This document shows, one piece after another, positions 28,241-37,385 of a DNA stretch of 64,000 nucleotides (the first letter of the stretch is position 1; each line of letters starts with the position of its first letter). The position numbers were made by a program, and so were the translations under genes. A model generated the notes under the pieces. It had not been told where the DNA came from and ran no database searches. It saw nothing but the letters and a program-made list of their open reading frames with translations. The stretch comes from Sulfurimonas sp. (GTDB lineage: Bacteria; Campylobacterota; Campylobacteria; Campylobacterales; Sulfurimonadaceae), in the NCBI GenBank assembly GCA_041662325.1, contig JBAZSU010000006.1, positions 183,161-247,160 on the forward strand, in the 5' to 3' direction.

Positions 28241-29908
28241 ATGATATATACGCATTCTCACACATTTAAATTCAGTACACAAGATAATACAGACGACAAA
28301 AGCTTTAGCAACATAATATCAATTATTGAAGAAGACAACAAAAAACATCATATAAACTACATTCAGTATCGGCAAATTGACGAACATAATATGCATTCAA
28401 GACAGATAAGCATAAATCTTGACAGGCTCTACTTTTTGGAAGTTGCCAACGCCGCGATAGACGATGAGGAGAGAAGGAAAAGGCTCTTTACCGTGGTCGG
28501 CAAAAGATGTTTTGGTTTGAATGACAATAAAATCGACCTTTACCTGACAGATGAGATACGATTTGAAGATATAAAACATAACCTGGTTAAAAACATTCAG
28601 CAGCCCATACAGCATGAGCTAATAACACATAATACAAATAAATACGAAGCCAACACTTTTGCTTCTGAAGATAAATATTTTGTTACTCTCAAGCAGACAA
28701 ATATCTCTAGCAGAAAAACTTTTGAAAAAACTTTTTTGGTTCAACTGACCGGCGCAGAATATGAGAAACTCCTGAGATTTAGAACGAGCGAGCTTAAAAT
28801 TGAATTTATTTTCAATGTTATCGGAAAAATTTACTTTATGTCAAAACCGCTTACCGCAAACTATTTTCCCGAGCAATGCATTGAACCGGAAGCAATTGTC
28901 AAAAAAGCTTTTGATACCATCAAAAATTCAATACTCACAAACAATACATTTTTAAATGAGATAACATATAAAAGTTTACAACACAAGCACAAAGATTTAG
29001 AGACACACTACTTCAATATTATAAGCGAAGGGATGGAGCTGCTGCGTAATCCTTCGGATGTTGAAACCACCTATCATTTAGCGGATGCCATGTCCAAATT
29101 TGCGAATTTATTACAAAAAGAGGATCTCTTTAGCGAAATAGCCTCTTTTTTAAAAACTATCCAAATCTTTATAAGAGACGGCAAGATATCCTATCTTCTA
29201 GACAAAAATGATAACGACATTAAAGATATTTCACTCTTTTTGCTTGAGACACTTACACTCTTTAATGCTTCCATTGAAGAGAATAATTTGCAAAACTTCA
29301 GTGCGTGTTCGCTTGATTTGTATAATGCACTCAGATATTACATACAGGCGTATTTGAAGTTTTACAGTGAGCATAAATTTTCGGATGCTCTAGAAGCAAA
29401 ACAAGAACAGCAAGAGCAAAAAGAGGATAAAGCAGAAAAAATATCGAATCTCAATGTGCGTAATAAAATATCAGCGAGCAAGTTTTTAGAAGATATTGAG
29501 CTGGATTACAGTGTTTTAGAAGAGTTGGCAGAACTCGAAGATGAGATAAAAGATGCACTCTATAAAGAAAAAATGGATTCAGAGTCAAAACGAACAGCCA
29601 TAGAATTTTTAGAAAAATATTCTCGAACACTCAGTACATTCTATGCATTTAAAGAACTTTCATACTCTATCTCTCTATTAACTGTTACTTTATTTCACTA
29701 TAAACTCGAAAAAGAGTCCAATAACATGTTAATTATTTTTTTAAATAAGGTAATTGATGACCTCATAGAGTGGAAAAATGCCGTTTTCATAAGAGAAGAT
29801 GCAGAGGATATAAACTACATAGACAACTCTTTTTATGCGAATGTGGCGCAAATAGACATTTTGATAAATGACAGCGAGTGTTCAGACACAGAGATGGAAT
29901 TTTTTTAA
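28241..29908 (+). CDS. Hypothetical 555-aa acidic helical protein
   Basis: Long ORF with no TM segment, signal or recognised catalytic motif. It has an internal QEQQEQKEDKAEK low-complexity linker and ends 4 nt before the next gene. Confidence 0.55.
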   Translation: MIYTHSHTFKFSTQDNTDDKSFSNIISIIEEDNKKHHINYIQYRQIDEHNMHSRQISINLDRLYFLEVANAAIDDEERRKRLFTVVGKRCFGLNDNKIDLYLTDEIRFEDIKHNLVKNIQQPIQHELITHNTNKYEANTFASEDKYFVTLKQTNISSRKTFEKTFLVQLTGAEYEKLLRFRTSELKIEFIFNVIGKIYFMSKPLTANYFPEQCIEPEAIVKKAFDTIKNSILTNNTFLNEITYKSLQHKHKDLETHYFNIISEGMELLRNPSDVETTYHLADAMSKFANLLQKEDLFSEIASFLKTIQIFIRDGKISYLLDKNDNDIKDISLFLLETLTLFNASIEENNLQNFSACSLDLYNALRYYIQAYLKFYSEHKFSDALEAKQEQQEQKEDKAEKISNLNVRNKISASKFLEDIELDYSVLEELAELEDEIKDALYKEKMDSESKRTAIEFLEKYSRTLSTFYAFKELSYSISLLTVTLFHYKLEKESNNMLIIFLNKVIDDLIEWKNAVFIREDAEDINYIDNSFYANVAQIDILINDSECSDTEMEFF

Positions 29909-29912
29909 AAAT

Positions 29913-30512
29913 ATGAGTATAGAGCTGTACGAACAAATCACTGACGCATTAGTGAAGGATGGGTATTTAATCATTCCGCATGCTATGCAAAATTCTCTTG
30001 CACATGAACTTTTAGCCTTGGCTTCACAAACAACAAATTACAAAAAAGCGAGTATATCAAGAGCTTTAAATAAACAAATAGATAGCGAGAAAAGAAAAGA
30101 TAGCATCTGCTGGTTAGACCATGACCATGGCGCACAAAGTAAGTTTTTAAATTTTGCCGATGGGCTTAAAGAGTATATAAACAAAGAGCTGTTTATGGGG
30201 ATACGATACTTCGAGAGCCATTTTGCCATTTATGAAGAGGGCGATTTTTACGAGACACACATAGATGCTTTCAAAGATTCGAAAAACCGTGTTGTTACAG
30301 CAGTTTATTATTTGAATGAAAACTGGGTAGATTGTGATGGCGGAGAGCTTATAGTTTATGATGAAGAGAATAACTATTTAAAAAGCGTAGCTCCACATGC
30401 GGACACTTTGGTAGTTTTTTTAAGCGACAAATTCCCACATGAGGTTTTAAAAGCCAATAAAAGAAGATACTCCATAGCCGGATGGTTCAGAGTAGATGGC
30501 TCCGGCTGCTAA
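29913..30512 (+). CDS. 2OG-Fe(II) oxygenase (prolyl-4-hydroxylase/PiuC-like)
   Basis: HxD..H facial triad (ETHIDAF .. FPHEV) and an RxS 2OG-binding motif (RRYSIAGWF). The start is set at the Met of MSIELYEQ (29913), not the overlapping upstream Met at 29868. Confidence 0.75.
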   Translation: MSIELYEQITDALVKDGYLIIPHAMQNSLAHELLALASQTTNYKKASISRALNKQIDSEKRKDSICWLDHDHGAQSKFLNFADGLKEYINKELFMGIRYFESHFAIYEEGDFYETHIDAFKDSKNRVVTAVYYLNENWVDCDGGELIVYDEENNYLKSVAPHADTLVVFLSDKFPHEVLKANKRRYSIAGWFRVDGSGC

Positions 30513-30584
30513 TAACTGTTTCATTTATAAACACACAAACAATATTGTAAAAATTCAGAAGAACAGAAGTTGCAATTTTACAAG

Positions 30585-30616
30585 ATATCGTTATATAATA
30601 TAAAACATAACGATAT
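30585..30616. promoter_or_regulatory. ModE-type molybdate-responsive operator
   Basis: Perfect 10-bp inverted repeat atatcgttat-N12-ataacgatat. The left half ATCGTTATATA matches the published ModE consensus ATCGnTATATA-N6-TATATAnCGAT exactly, and the right half matches 9 of 11. It lies about 100 nt upstream of the porin-modA operon. Confidence 0.6.
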
Positions 30617-30714
30617 GGATCGTAAAGCAAAAAGGAGAAACAGATAATAAATCAGAACGGATTACTTTAAAAACAAAGAAGTAAAAGTATAATAGATAAA
30701 AATAAGGGGAAAAA

Positions 30715-32187
30715 ATGAAAAGAAGTATTAAATTAAGTATTGTTGCAATTGCTGCAACGCTGGCAACAACCATTGTCTCTGCGACTGAAGAAGCTCCAAA
30801 ACAGGCGCTGCTCGGCAACTATCAACTTATCTACTCAAAAGCACCTGCAACGGTTGATAGCTTTACAGACATGTTTAAAGATGGAGTGTTCTACGGAAGA
30901 CTCCGTTCCAATACATTTATGTACAATTGGGAAAAAGAGTCGGCTGCACAAGAAAATCACATAATAAGCGGTCTTGGCGGTTCGGCAGTTTATCAGAGTG
31001 CTTCTTATAACGGGTTTGATTTTGGTGCAGGTCTTTATTATAGTCATGGATATTTCACTATTGCAGACAACAATGTCGCACTTCTAAAATCAGGTACGGA
31101 TGTATTCAGCAGATATGATTATATAAATACAGGTTCTCAGAATATGGCGGTTTTGGGTCAAGCGTATCTGAACTACACAACTATTCCAAAAACTGGAGTT
31201 AAAGTCGGTCGTCAACTGGTTGAGAGTTTCTATACAAAATCAAACGACACAAAGATGATTCCAAACACTTTTGACGGTTTGAGCGTTCAAACAAAAGCCA
31301 TACCGGACAGTGCTCTACAAGTTGCATATTTAACAGATGAAAAGCTCCGTTCGCACACCGACAACCACTCCCTCTTTGTGTATGACAATAGTGACAGTGC
31401 AAACAAAAGTATCTGGAACGGAAATGATGATTCAGGCATGCACCAAGGGCTCACGTATCTTAGACTCAAAGCGGCAGGAGTAAGCACGGATGCACCGCTT
31501 ATTGTTGGTGATTTCAATAATAAATCCGTTGAGAATCTCTCTCTTGATGCTTCATTCTATAATGTTCCTTCTCTCCTTTCAGAAGGCATGGCAGAGGCAA
31601 ACTACAATGTCAAAATGGGCAGTTTCTCGGTAACACCGGGAGCTAGATACATTAAACAATTCGACGACGGTGCCGGTGCAATTGGGGGAGCTGCAATTAC
31701 AGGTAAACTCGCCGGCAAAACAGGAGTAAGCGGAGGATATAAAAATGCAGATTCTCTCGATTCTCAAATGGTAGCAGCCCGAGTAGTTGGAACATACAGC
31801 ATCTATAAACTCAATCTAGGTTACTCTCAAGTTTTAGATGAAGCCGACTTGGTAACTCCATGGAGAGCATTTCCTACTGACGGCTACACGCGCTCAATGG
31901 CTCGAACAAACTGGATAGCAAATACAAAAAGTTACCGTGCAGAAATTATGATTAACGACAATAAAAAAGGCGTTTACAAAGATGTATTGATGCAAATCTC
32001 TGCTCTGCATACGGATGCGGATGAGACAAAAGGTCAGTTTGACGAAAACTACTACTATGCAGGATTTACCCAAAATCTTCCAATGATGCCAGAGTTGCAG
32101 TGGCGTTTTAGACTCGGCTACCAAGATACAAAAAAAGTGGATGCCGATACTGTTGATACTCGATTTGAACTCAACTATCTCTTTTAA
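30715..32187 (+). CDS. OprD-family outer membrane porin
   Basis: 490 aa with a signal peptide (..VSATEEAP), beta-strand-rich sequence, and a C-terminal ..ELNYLF. The N-terminal ..GVFYGRLRSNTF.. pattern is typical of Campylobacterota OprD-like porins. It ends 8 nt upstream of modA. Confidence 0.7.
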   Translation: MKRSIKLSIVAIAATLATTIVSATEEAPKQALLGNYQLIYSKAPATVDSFTDMFKDGVFYGRLRSNTFMYNWEKESAAQENHIISGLGGSAVYQSASYNGFDFGAGLYYSHGYFTIADNNVALLKSGTDVFSRYDYINTGSQNMAVLGQAYLNYTTIPKTGVKVGRQLVESFYTKSNDTKMIPNTFDGLSVQTKAIPDSALQVAYLTDEKLRSHTDNHSLFVYDNSDSANKSIWNGNDDSGMHQGLTYLRLKAAGVSTDAPLIVGDFNNKSVENLSLDASFYNVPSLLSEGMAEANYNVKMGSFSVTPGARYIKQFDDGAGAIGGAAITGKLAGKTGVSGGYKNADSLDSQMVAARVVGTYSIYKLNLGYSQVLDEADLVTPWRAFPTDGYTRSMARTNWIANTKSYRAEIMINDNKKGVYKDVLMQISALHTDADETKGQFDENYYYAGFTQNLPMMPELQWRFRLGYQDTKKVDADTVDTRFELNYLF

Positions 32188-32195
32188 GGAAAAAT

Positions 32196-32939
32196 ATGAA
32201 AAAGATAATTATCTCACTGCTTCTGGCAACGCTCTCTCTTTTTGCCGGAACAATTAACATCGCAGTAGCAGCAAATGTTGCTGATGCCATGGATGAGCTA
32301 ATGACAGAGTTTCAAAAGAGCAATTCCGGCACGGATGTTCAAGTAACTTTGGGAAGCAGCGGAAAACTTGTTGCCCAGATTAAAAATGGTGCCCCCTTTG
32401 GCGTTTTTCTCTCGGCTGACATGAAGTTTCCGCAAGCTCTTTATGAAGAGAAAACGGCAATTACCGAACCTGTTGTTTATGCACAAGGAGAACTTGCCTA
32501 TTTGAGCGTTAAAGCAGTAGATTTTTCTAAAGGAATCGCACTTGTTGCGGAGCCTTCAATTACAAAAATCGCAATCGCAAATCCCAAAACTGCTCCCTAC
32601 GGAAAAGCGGCTGTTGAGGCTATGACAAACGGCAAGGTTTACGACAAGGCAGAGAACAAACTTGTTTACGCAGAGTCTATCTCTCAAGCCGTAACCTACG
32701 CTACAACTGCCGCAGACATCGGATTTGTTGCGAAATCTTCCCTTTTTGGTTCAAATATGAAAGAGTATAAAGAGGGTGTAAACTGGGCAAGCGTTGACGC
32801 AAAACTCTATACGCCTATAAAACAGGGAATCGTTATCTTAAAGAACGGTGCAGAAAATAAAGAGTACAAAGCCTTTTATGACTTTATTTTAGGTCCAAAA
32901 GGAAAAGAGATTTTGGAAAAATACGGATATAAAGTTTGA
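32196..32939 (+). CDS. modA: Molybdate ABC transporter periplasmic binding protein
   Basis: 247 aa with a signal peptide and ModA motifs (..GSSGKLVAQI.NGAPFGVFLSAD.. , ..IAIANP.TAPYGKAA..). Confidence 0.85.
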   Translation: MKKIIISLLLATLSLFAGTINIAVAANVADAMDELMTEFQKSNSGTDVQVTLGSSGKLVAQIKNGAPFGVFLSADMKFPQALYEEKTAITEPVVYAQGELAYLSVKAVDFSKGIALVAEPSITKIAIANPKTAPYGKAAVEAMTNGKVYDKAENKLVYAESISQAVTYATTAADIGFVAKSSLFGSNMKEYKEGVNWASVDAKLYTPIKQGIVILKNGAENKEYKAFYDFILGPKGKEILEKYGYKV

Positions 32940-33334
32940 ATAAAATAAGCGCGAGGGTTGAGACTATTGAGAGTATTGACAACATCAGTGTTGTTTCATT
33001 CTCCTCATTCGGTCAACCACTCAAAATGATGTCTTTAGAGCTTAACAAAAATATCAAAATCGGCGCAGATGTTACGCTTGGGGTCAAAGCCTCAAGCATA
33101 TCTCTAGCCAAAAATCTCAGCACCGGGCTGAGTATCTCAAACCAGCTCCAAACCACCATTATATCCGTCAATAACGGAACTCTGCTCGCAAGCATCAAGC
33201 TTCGTTTTGAAGATTTTATTTTAGAGAGCATCATCACACTAGAATCTTCAAAGCGATTAAGTTTACATGAGGGTGATACAATCGTTGCACTTATAAAATC
33301 AAGTGATTTATCTATTTTGGAACTTGCCAAATGA
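32936..33334 (+). CDS. Tandem TOBE (Mop/ModG-like) molybdate-binding protein
   Basis: 132 aa with two TOBE-like halves (..SARV..I....ISVV.. and ..ISNQLQTTIISV..G.L..). TTG start overlaps the modA stop (TTGA), and its stop overlaps the modB start (ATGA). Confidence 0.65.
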   Translation: MNKISARVETIESIDNISVVSFSSFGQPLKMMSLELNKNIKIGADVTLGVKASSISLAKNLSTGLSISNQLQTTIISVNNGTLLASIKLRFEDFILESIITLESSKRLSLHEGDTIVALIKSSDLSILELAK

Positions 33335-34011
33335 ACGAATTAGACTTTGCTCCGTTTCTTCTCTCGTTTAAGCTCGCAGCTATAACAACCTTAATACTTT
33401 TTATAATTGCTCTCCCCGTTGCATGGTGGCTCTCTCAGACAAAGTGCAGGTGTAAGCCTTTTGCCGAAGCCATCGCTTCTCTTCCGATTGTTCTTCCACC
33501 TTCGGTTTTGGGGTTTTACATTCTCTTTGCTCTCTCTCAAAATTCGCCAATCGGTACCTTTTTTTATGAAATGTTCGGAATTAAACTGGTTTTCAACTTT
33601 ACGGGGCTTGTAGTTGCCAGCTGTTTTTACTCTTTTCCCTTTATGGTTCAGCCGCTTCAAGGCGGATTTGAAACGCTTAACAAAAACATGCTCGAAGCCT
33701 CCTACATTGCAGGAAAGAGCAAGATACAGACACTCTATTTTGTAGCACTTCCAAATATAAAACCTGCACTTATCACAGCTACGATTATTACTTTTGCCCA
33801 CACCGTAGGCGAATTCGGAGTGGTTCTCATGGTGGGCGGTTCAATCCCAAATGAGACCAAAGTAGCCTCCGTCGCTATCTATGAGGCAGTTGAGATTATG
33901 GATTACAAAACGGCACATATTTATAGTTTGATTATGCTCTCACTGAGTTTTTTGGTACTTTTGGGTGTCTATCTCTTTAACCGCCGTCATAACAAAAGGA
34001 TAGGAGTATGA
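33331..34011 (+). CDS. modB: Molybdate ABC transporter permease
   Basis: 226 aa with about 5 TM helices and an EAA-like loop (..LEASYIAGKSKIQTLYFVALP..). Confidence 0.85.
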   Translation: MNELDFAPFLLSFKLAAITTLILFIIALPVAWWLSQTKCRCKPFAEAIASLPIVLPPSVLGFYILFALSQNSPIGTFFYEMFGIKLVFNFTGLVVASCFYSFPFMVQPLQGGFETLNKNMLEASYIAGKSKIQTLYFVALPNIKPALITATIITFAHTVGEFGVVLMVGGSIPNETKVASVAIYEAVEIMDYKTAHIYSLIMLSLSFLVLLGVYLFNRRHNKRIGV

Positions 34012-34859
34012 TACAACTCTCACTGCAAAAAAAACTTCAAGGGAGCATGGGTGCGATGCAACTTGATGTGAATTTAGAGATAAAAGAGCATGACTTTGTA
34101 GCACTTTCAGGAAAAAGCGGAAGCGGGAAAACTACACTTCTTCGTATTTTGGCAGGGTTGGAAGAGGCGCATGGAAAGATAAATGTCTCAGATGCTATTT
34201 GGCAAAATGACAAAATCCATCTGCCGACCCAAAAAAGAGAGATAGGTTTTGTTTTTCAGGATTATGCACTCTTTGCAAATATGAGCGTTTTAGAAAATCT
34301 TCTCTTTGTTGCAAAAGATAAAAAACTGGCTTCGCATCTGCTCGAGCTCACAGAACTTACAGAGTTGCAAAACCGTCTTCCAAACATGCTCAGCGGCGGA
34401 CAAAAACAGCGTGTCGCACTCTGTCGCTCTCTTATGAAACGACCTAAAATACTGCTTATGGATGAACCGCTCTCAGCGCTTGACATGGAGATGCGGAACA
34501 AACTCCAAAATGATATTTTAAAGCTTCACAAGGAGTTTGGAACAACCACAATCATGGTAAGCCACGACCCAAGCGAAATTTACAGACTTGCAAGCAGAGT
34601 CATTATGCTAAGCCATGGAAAAATAGTACAAGACGGGACACCGAAAGAGGTTTTATTACAAACAAAGGGAAGTCAAAAATTCTCTTTAAGAGGCGAACTG
34701 CTAGACATCCTAAAAGCGGATGTAATTTATATCGGCATTATCGCGATTGGGCAAAATATCGTCGAAGTGGTCATGGATGAAGAAGAAGCAAAAACATTTA
34801 AAATCGGACAGAGTGTCCATGTAAACACAAAAGCTTTTGCCCCATCTTTAAGCCACTGA
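34008..34859 (+). CDS. modC: Molybdate ABC transporter ATPase (no C-terminal Mop duplication evident)
   Basis: 283 aa with Walker A GKSGSGKTT, ABC signature LSGGQKQR, Walker B LLMDEP, and a short C-terminal TOBE-like tail. Confidence 0.8.
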   Translation: MIQLSLQKKLQGSMGAMQLDVNLEIKEHDFVALSGKSGSGKTTLLRILAGLEEAHGKINVSDAIWQNDKIHLPTQKREIGFVFQDYALFANMSVLENLLFVAKDKKLASHLLELTELTELQNRLPNMLSGGQKQRVALCRSLMKRPKILLMDEPLSALDMEMRNKLQNDILKLHKEFGTTTIMVSHDPSEIYRLASRVIMLSHGKIVQDGTPKEVLLQTKGSQKFSLRGELLDILKADVIYIGIIAIGQNIVEVVMDEEEAKTFKIGQSVHVNTKAFAPSLSH

Positions 34860-34942
34860 CGCTCTTCCGGTACCATCCGTTAGAGGTAGTTTAAATCTAA
34901 AAGTAAATCATCTCTCTTTTGAGTTTATGGAGAGAGGTGTCA

Positions 34943-35329
34943 TTACATAAAAATTTTTATTACTTTCATCACCTCCAGAGAGATGATGAGTATCCACACA
35001 AAAATGGCAATTCCCGCAGCCGCAGCCGCAATGTCTTTTATAATACCGATTTTTTCATCGTAACGGGTTTCCATAAAATCACAAACTGCCTCAATCGCGG
35101 TGTTGAAGAGTTCCGCTGTTAGCATGACTCCCGTAGAGAGGATGATTAATGAAGCATCTACCCACTCATTAAAAATAAAAACAGGTATGAGTATTGCGAC
35201 CGATACCACGATTTTATACATGACGCTGAAATCATACAGTACGGCAAAGCGTAAACCCGAAAGGATGATTTTAAATTTTTTCAGGGGATGATACCCATGT
35301 TCACCCGTATCTAAAAATTTGTTTTTCAT
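34943..35329 (-). CDS. dgkA: Diacylglycerol kinase (DgkA family)
   Basis: About 128 aa from Met MKNKFLD.., with three TM helices and an ELFNTAIE motif (E..NTAIE is the DgkA signature). The longer ORF start at 35374 would overlap the PAP2 gene by 49 nt. Confidence 0.75.
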   Translation of the reverse strand: MKNKFLDTGEHGYHPLKKFKIILSGLRFAVLYDFSVMYKIVVSVAILIPVFIFNEWVDASLIILSTGVMLTAELFNTAIEAVCDFMETRYDEKIGIIKDIAAAAAGIAIFVWILIISLEVMKVIKIFM

Positions 35330-35964
35330 GCTAATCCCCCTGATTTTATCACCAATATGGCTATGCAACTCCAAGCAATCGCAACAAGAGCTCCGGCAAG
35401 GACATCGGTTGGGAAATGAACTTGCAGATACATTCGCGAGAGTGCAACCCCCGATGCAATAAAGAGCAATATTCCCGTAAAGAGAGCATCAAATAGAGAA
35501 CTTCCGCTATAGTCCATGAACCAAAACAAAAGAGTAAAGGTAACAATTTGAGAAGTATGCGCACTCGGAAAGGAGGGGTCAATCGGAAGTTCGTTAATGA
35601 TAGGAAAAAAATAGGGTCGTTTTCGATTGAGCTGGTATTTGAGAACATATGTTGTTAAAAATGCACCCCAAAATCCAATCCCTAAAAGTTTTTCAACATT
35701 TTCAAAATAGTGTGAAAAAGTGAGTATAAGAACGATATACAGAGGCAACAGTATCCACAAAGAACCCAGCCATGTAATGGAAGAAAAGAAACTGTCCAGA
35801 ACCCGATTTTTTCTTTTATGAAACCAGTGCAATATATTTTGGTCGAACTGTGCCAAATAACCGTTACGCATGGAGAGAGTTAAAGCAATAAAGGCAGCAA
35901 CAGCGACGATAAGAATAGTGAGAAGCCACCGTTCATCAAGAGTAATTTTTTCATTAAACTGCAT
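35326..35964 (-). CDS. PAP2-family membrane phosphatase
   Basis: 212 aa with all three PAP2 motifs: K(X6)RP (KYQLNRKRP), PSAH (FPSAHTS) and SR(X5)H(X3)D (SRMYLQVHFPTD). Confidence 0.8.
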   Translation of the reverse strand: MQFNEKITLDERWLLTILIVAVAAFIALTLSMRNGYLAQFDQNILHWFHKRKNRVLDSFFSSITWLGSLWILLPLYIVLILTFSHYFENVEKLLGIGFWGAFLTTYVLKYQLNRKRPYFFPIINELPIDPSFPSAHTSQIVTFTLLFWFMDYSGSSLFDALFTGILLFIASGVALSRMYLQVHFPTDVLAGALVAIAWSCIAILVIKSGGLA

Positions 35965-36043
35965 AATTTCCCCTCTTTTTGGTGAAAATATATTATACGG
36001 CTTTTAAGTTGAAAATTTGCATTTAACTTCTTGCAAAACTCGT

Positions 36044-36100
36044 ATTGCTTCGTCGTTCCTGATTGACGCATGACCGTCATTGCGAACGGAGTGAAGCAAT
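36044..36100. repeat. Compound imperfect palindrome (REP-like)
   Basis: attgcttc..gttcc / ggaac..gaagcaat outer arms with a nested tgacg-catgac-cgtca hairpin. It abuts the truncated DinD-like fragment. Confidence 0.5.
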
Positions 36101-36260
36101 CTGCTCTTTTTTGCTATCACCATTTTGAGCTATGAGATAAAGTAAGCATAATGTTATCCACCTCTTTTGTCGCGCCTGAGCTTATTTCAACCATTTTCCC
36201 GATATCGGCAAAATGGTCTGAAATATCTTGACCCGATTGTAGTGTTTGCTTTTTCTTTCC
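36077..36260 (-). pseudogene. DinD-like (DNA-damage-inducible protein D family) gene fragment, frameshifted and truncated
   Basis: The minus strand reads ..QTLQSGQDISDHFADIGKMVEISSGATKEVDNIMLT, then after a frame change YLIAQNGDSKKEQIA. This matches the remembered family pattern HF.D..KMV..GSGA..E..D..LTRYACYLIAQNGD..K..IA. There is no start codon, and palindromic repeats flank both ends. Confidence 0.5.
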
Positions 36261-36317
36261 CTCGCTCCCATGCTCCTACGTGGGAGTGTATATTTCAAGC
36301 TATTGTTGCAGTATGCA

Positions 36318-36338
36318 TTCCCACGGAGACCGTGGGAA
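36318..36338. repeat. REP-like GC-rich hairpin
   Basis: ttcccacgg-aga-ccgtgggaa (9-bp stem), preceded by a weaker ctccca..tgggag hairpin at about 36263-36284. It sits exactly where RhuM-like similarity stops. Confidence 0.55.
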
Positions 36339-36344
36339 CGAGGA

Positions 36345-36616
36345 AAAATTTGTTTTATATTTTTTGCCGTCTAATGCAGTTGTTTCCATTTTGGAAACAA
36401 CTGAGTTTTCTTCTAGCTCTCCCGTTTCAAATATATTTTTTAGGTGTTTTGATACAGCAGAACATTGACCTAAAAAAGCTCGGCAAGTTGTTTTTGTGTT
36501 AGCCACAAAGTTTCATCAACAAATACAGCATCAATATTTACTTTGGAACTATCGATTTTAAATATGACAAAATTCGGTATGTTTTGTAGTTGATTAGTGA
36601 TATTTAAGTTATTCAT
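36345..36616 (-). pseudogene. RhuM-family gene, N-terminal part only, frameshifted
   Basis: The minus strand reads MNNLNITNQLQNIPNFVIFKIDSSKVNIDAVFVDETLWLTQKQLAELF, then a stop at an A6/T6 run (36472-36477). It continues in another frame as GQCSAVSKHLKNIFETGELEENSVVSKMETTALDGKKYKTNF, then runs into the REP hairpin. ETVWLTQ.Q.A.LF ... KH..NIF.EGEL.E.SV ... T.A.DGK.Y is the RhuM N-terminal signature as recalled. Its ATG (36616-36614) overlaps the stop of the upstream 239-aa gene. Confidence 0.65.
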
Positions 36617-37328
36617 TATTTTTTTCTTTATCTAGCATTTTTGTCATGCCATACCAATAACCAGCGCATGCTTCTATACCTTTTTCGTCTTTTTTAAAAT
36701 CTTTATCATAACTATCTTTTAGATATGTCAAAATTTTTGTGAGCTCTTTAATCATATCATCGACTTTAAAATCCATTTTAATCATAGGATTTGGATAGAT
36801 TGGAGTACTGTCTTTTGCCGGTAATGGTTTAATTATATTTTTACGAGTTGCTCTTAAATGTGTATGCAATGTACTAATATGAAAATATACATTATGAACA
36901 TTTGTTAATATGTCATTGTGAGCTATTGATACAATATCTTGACTTTTTAATTCACTCAACAGTTTATAAATATCCTCTACACTATCAAAAATTCTATCAA
37001 GATCAAGATAAGTAATTTTTTCTCTTACTTTTTCATTTTCTAATGAAATTAAGCTAGTTTTAATTAAACATAATTGAAAAAATGTATTTCTTATTTGATT
37101 TGAAATTTCACGATTTTTTAAATTAATTGTGCTATCAATGTTTAAAATAACAGAAAAAGAAGCAATTAGTGCAGATATAAGTATACCGAGTGCACCAATT
37201 AAAGATAAATTTTCTTGCCAATTTTGATATATTAAATATGAAATTACAACTATTAAAATTAAAGCAAAGCTTCTTAACATCATAATAATAGTGTCGGTAG
37301 ACATTCTTGTAAATAATATTTTGTTCAT
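36609..37328 (-). CDS. Hypothetical protein with two N-terminal TM helices and a helical cytoplasmic domain
   Basis: 239-aa intact ORF, visibly more AT-rich than its neighbours. Hydrophobic helices lie at about residues 20-44 and 52-74. No catalytic motif was recognised. Confidence 0.6.
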   Translation of the reverse strand: MNKILFTRMSTDTIIMMLRSFALILIVVISYLIYQNWQENLSLIGALGILISALIASFSVILNIDSTINLKNREISNQIRNTFFQLCLIKTSLISLENEKVREKITYLDLDRIFDSVEDIYKLLSELKSQDIVSIAHNDILTNVHNVYFHISTLHTHLRATRKNIIKPLPAKDSTPIYPNPMIKMDFKVDDMIKELTKILTYLKDSYDKDFKKDEKGIEACAGYWYGMTKMLDKEKNNE

Positions 37329-37385
37329 ATTTTTATCCTTACTCTTTAATTATAAGTTTTTTCATCATTAGCATATCCCAAAAAA

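Noticed and set aside
29868-29912. Upstream Met start for the 2OG oxygenase, overlapping the 555-aa gene
   Set aside because: The Met at 29913 begins right after the upstream stop and gives a typical domain length, so the longer form is not needed.
30591-30818. 75-aa minus-strand ORF over the porin promoter and signal-peptide region
   Set aside because: It overlaps the ModE-type box and the porin start in antisense, with a low-complexity hydrophobic translation. Judged spurious.
36377-36403. Perfect 11-bp hairpin cagttgtttcc-atttt-ggaaacaactg that looks like a terminator
   Set aside because: It lies inside the RhuM-like reading frame (..SVVSKMETTA..), which matches the conserved family motif. 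It is most simply a coding-sequence coincidence and is not called as a terminator.
36240-36410. Possible CRISPR array or attC sites, suggested by several hairpin repeats
   Set aside because: The palindromes differ in sequence and are irregularly spaced. No cas or integrase genes are present in the window. They fit REP-like insertions in decayed genes better.
36167-36502. 111-aa plus-strand ORF (and the 36280-36468 ORF) across the intergenic region
   Set aside because: Its translation (..PRSHAPTWECIF..IPTETVGTRK..) is simply the read-through of REP-like palindromes. The opposite strand carries recognisable RhuM-like and DinD-like gene fragments. Not a gene.
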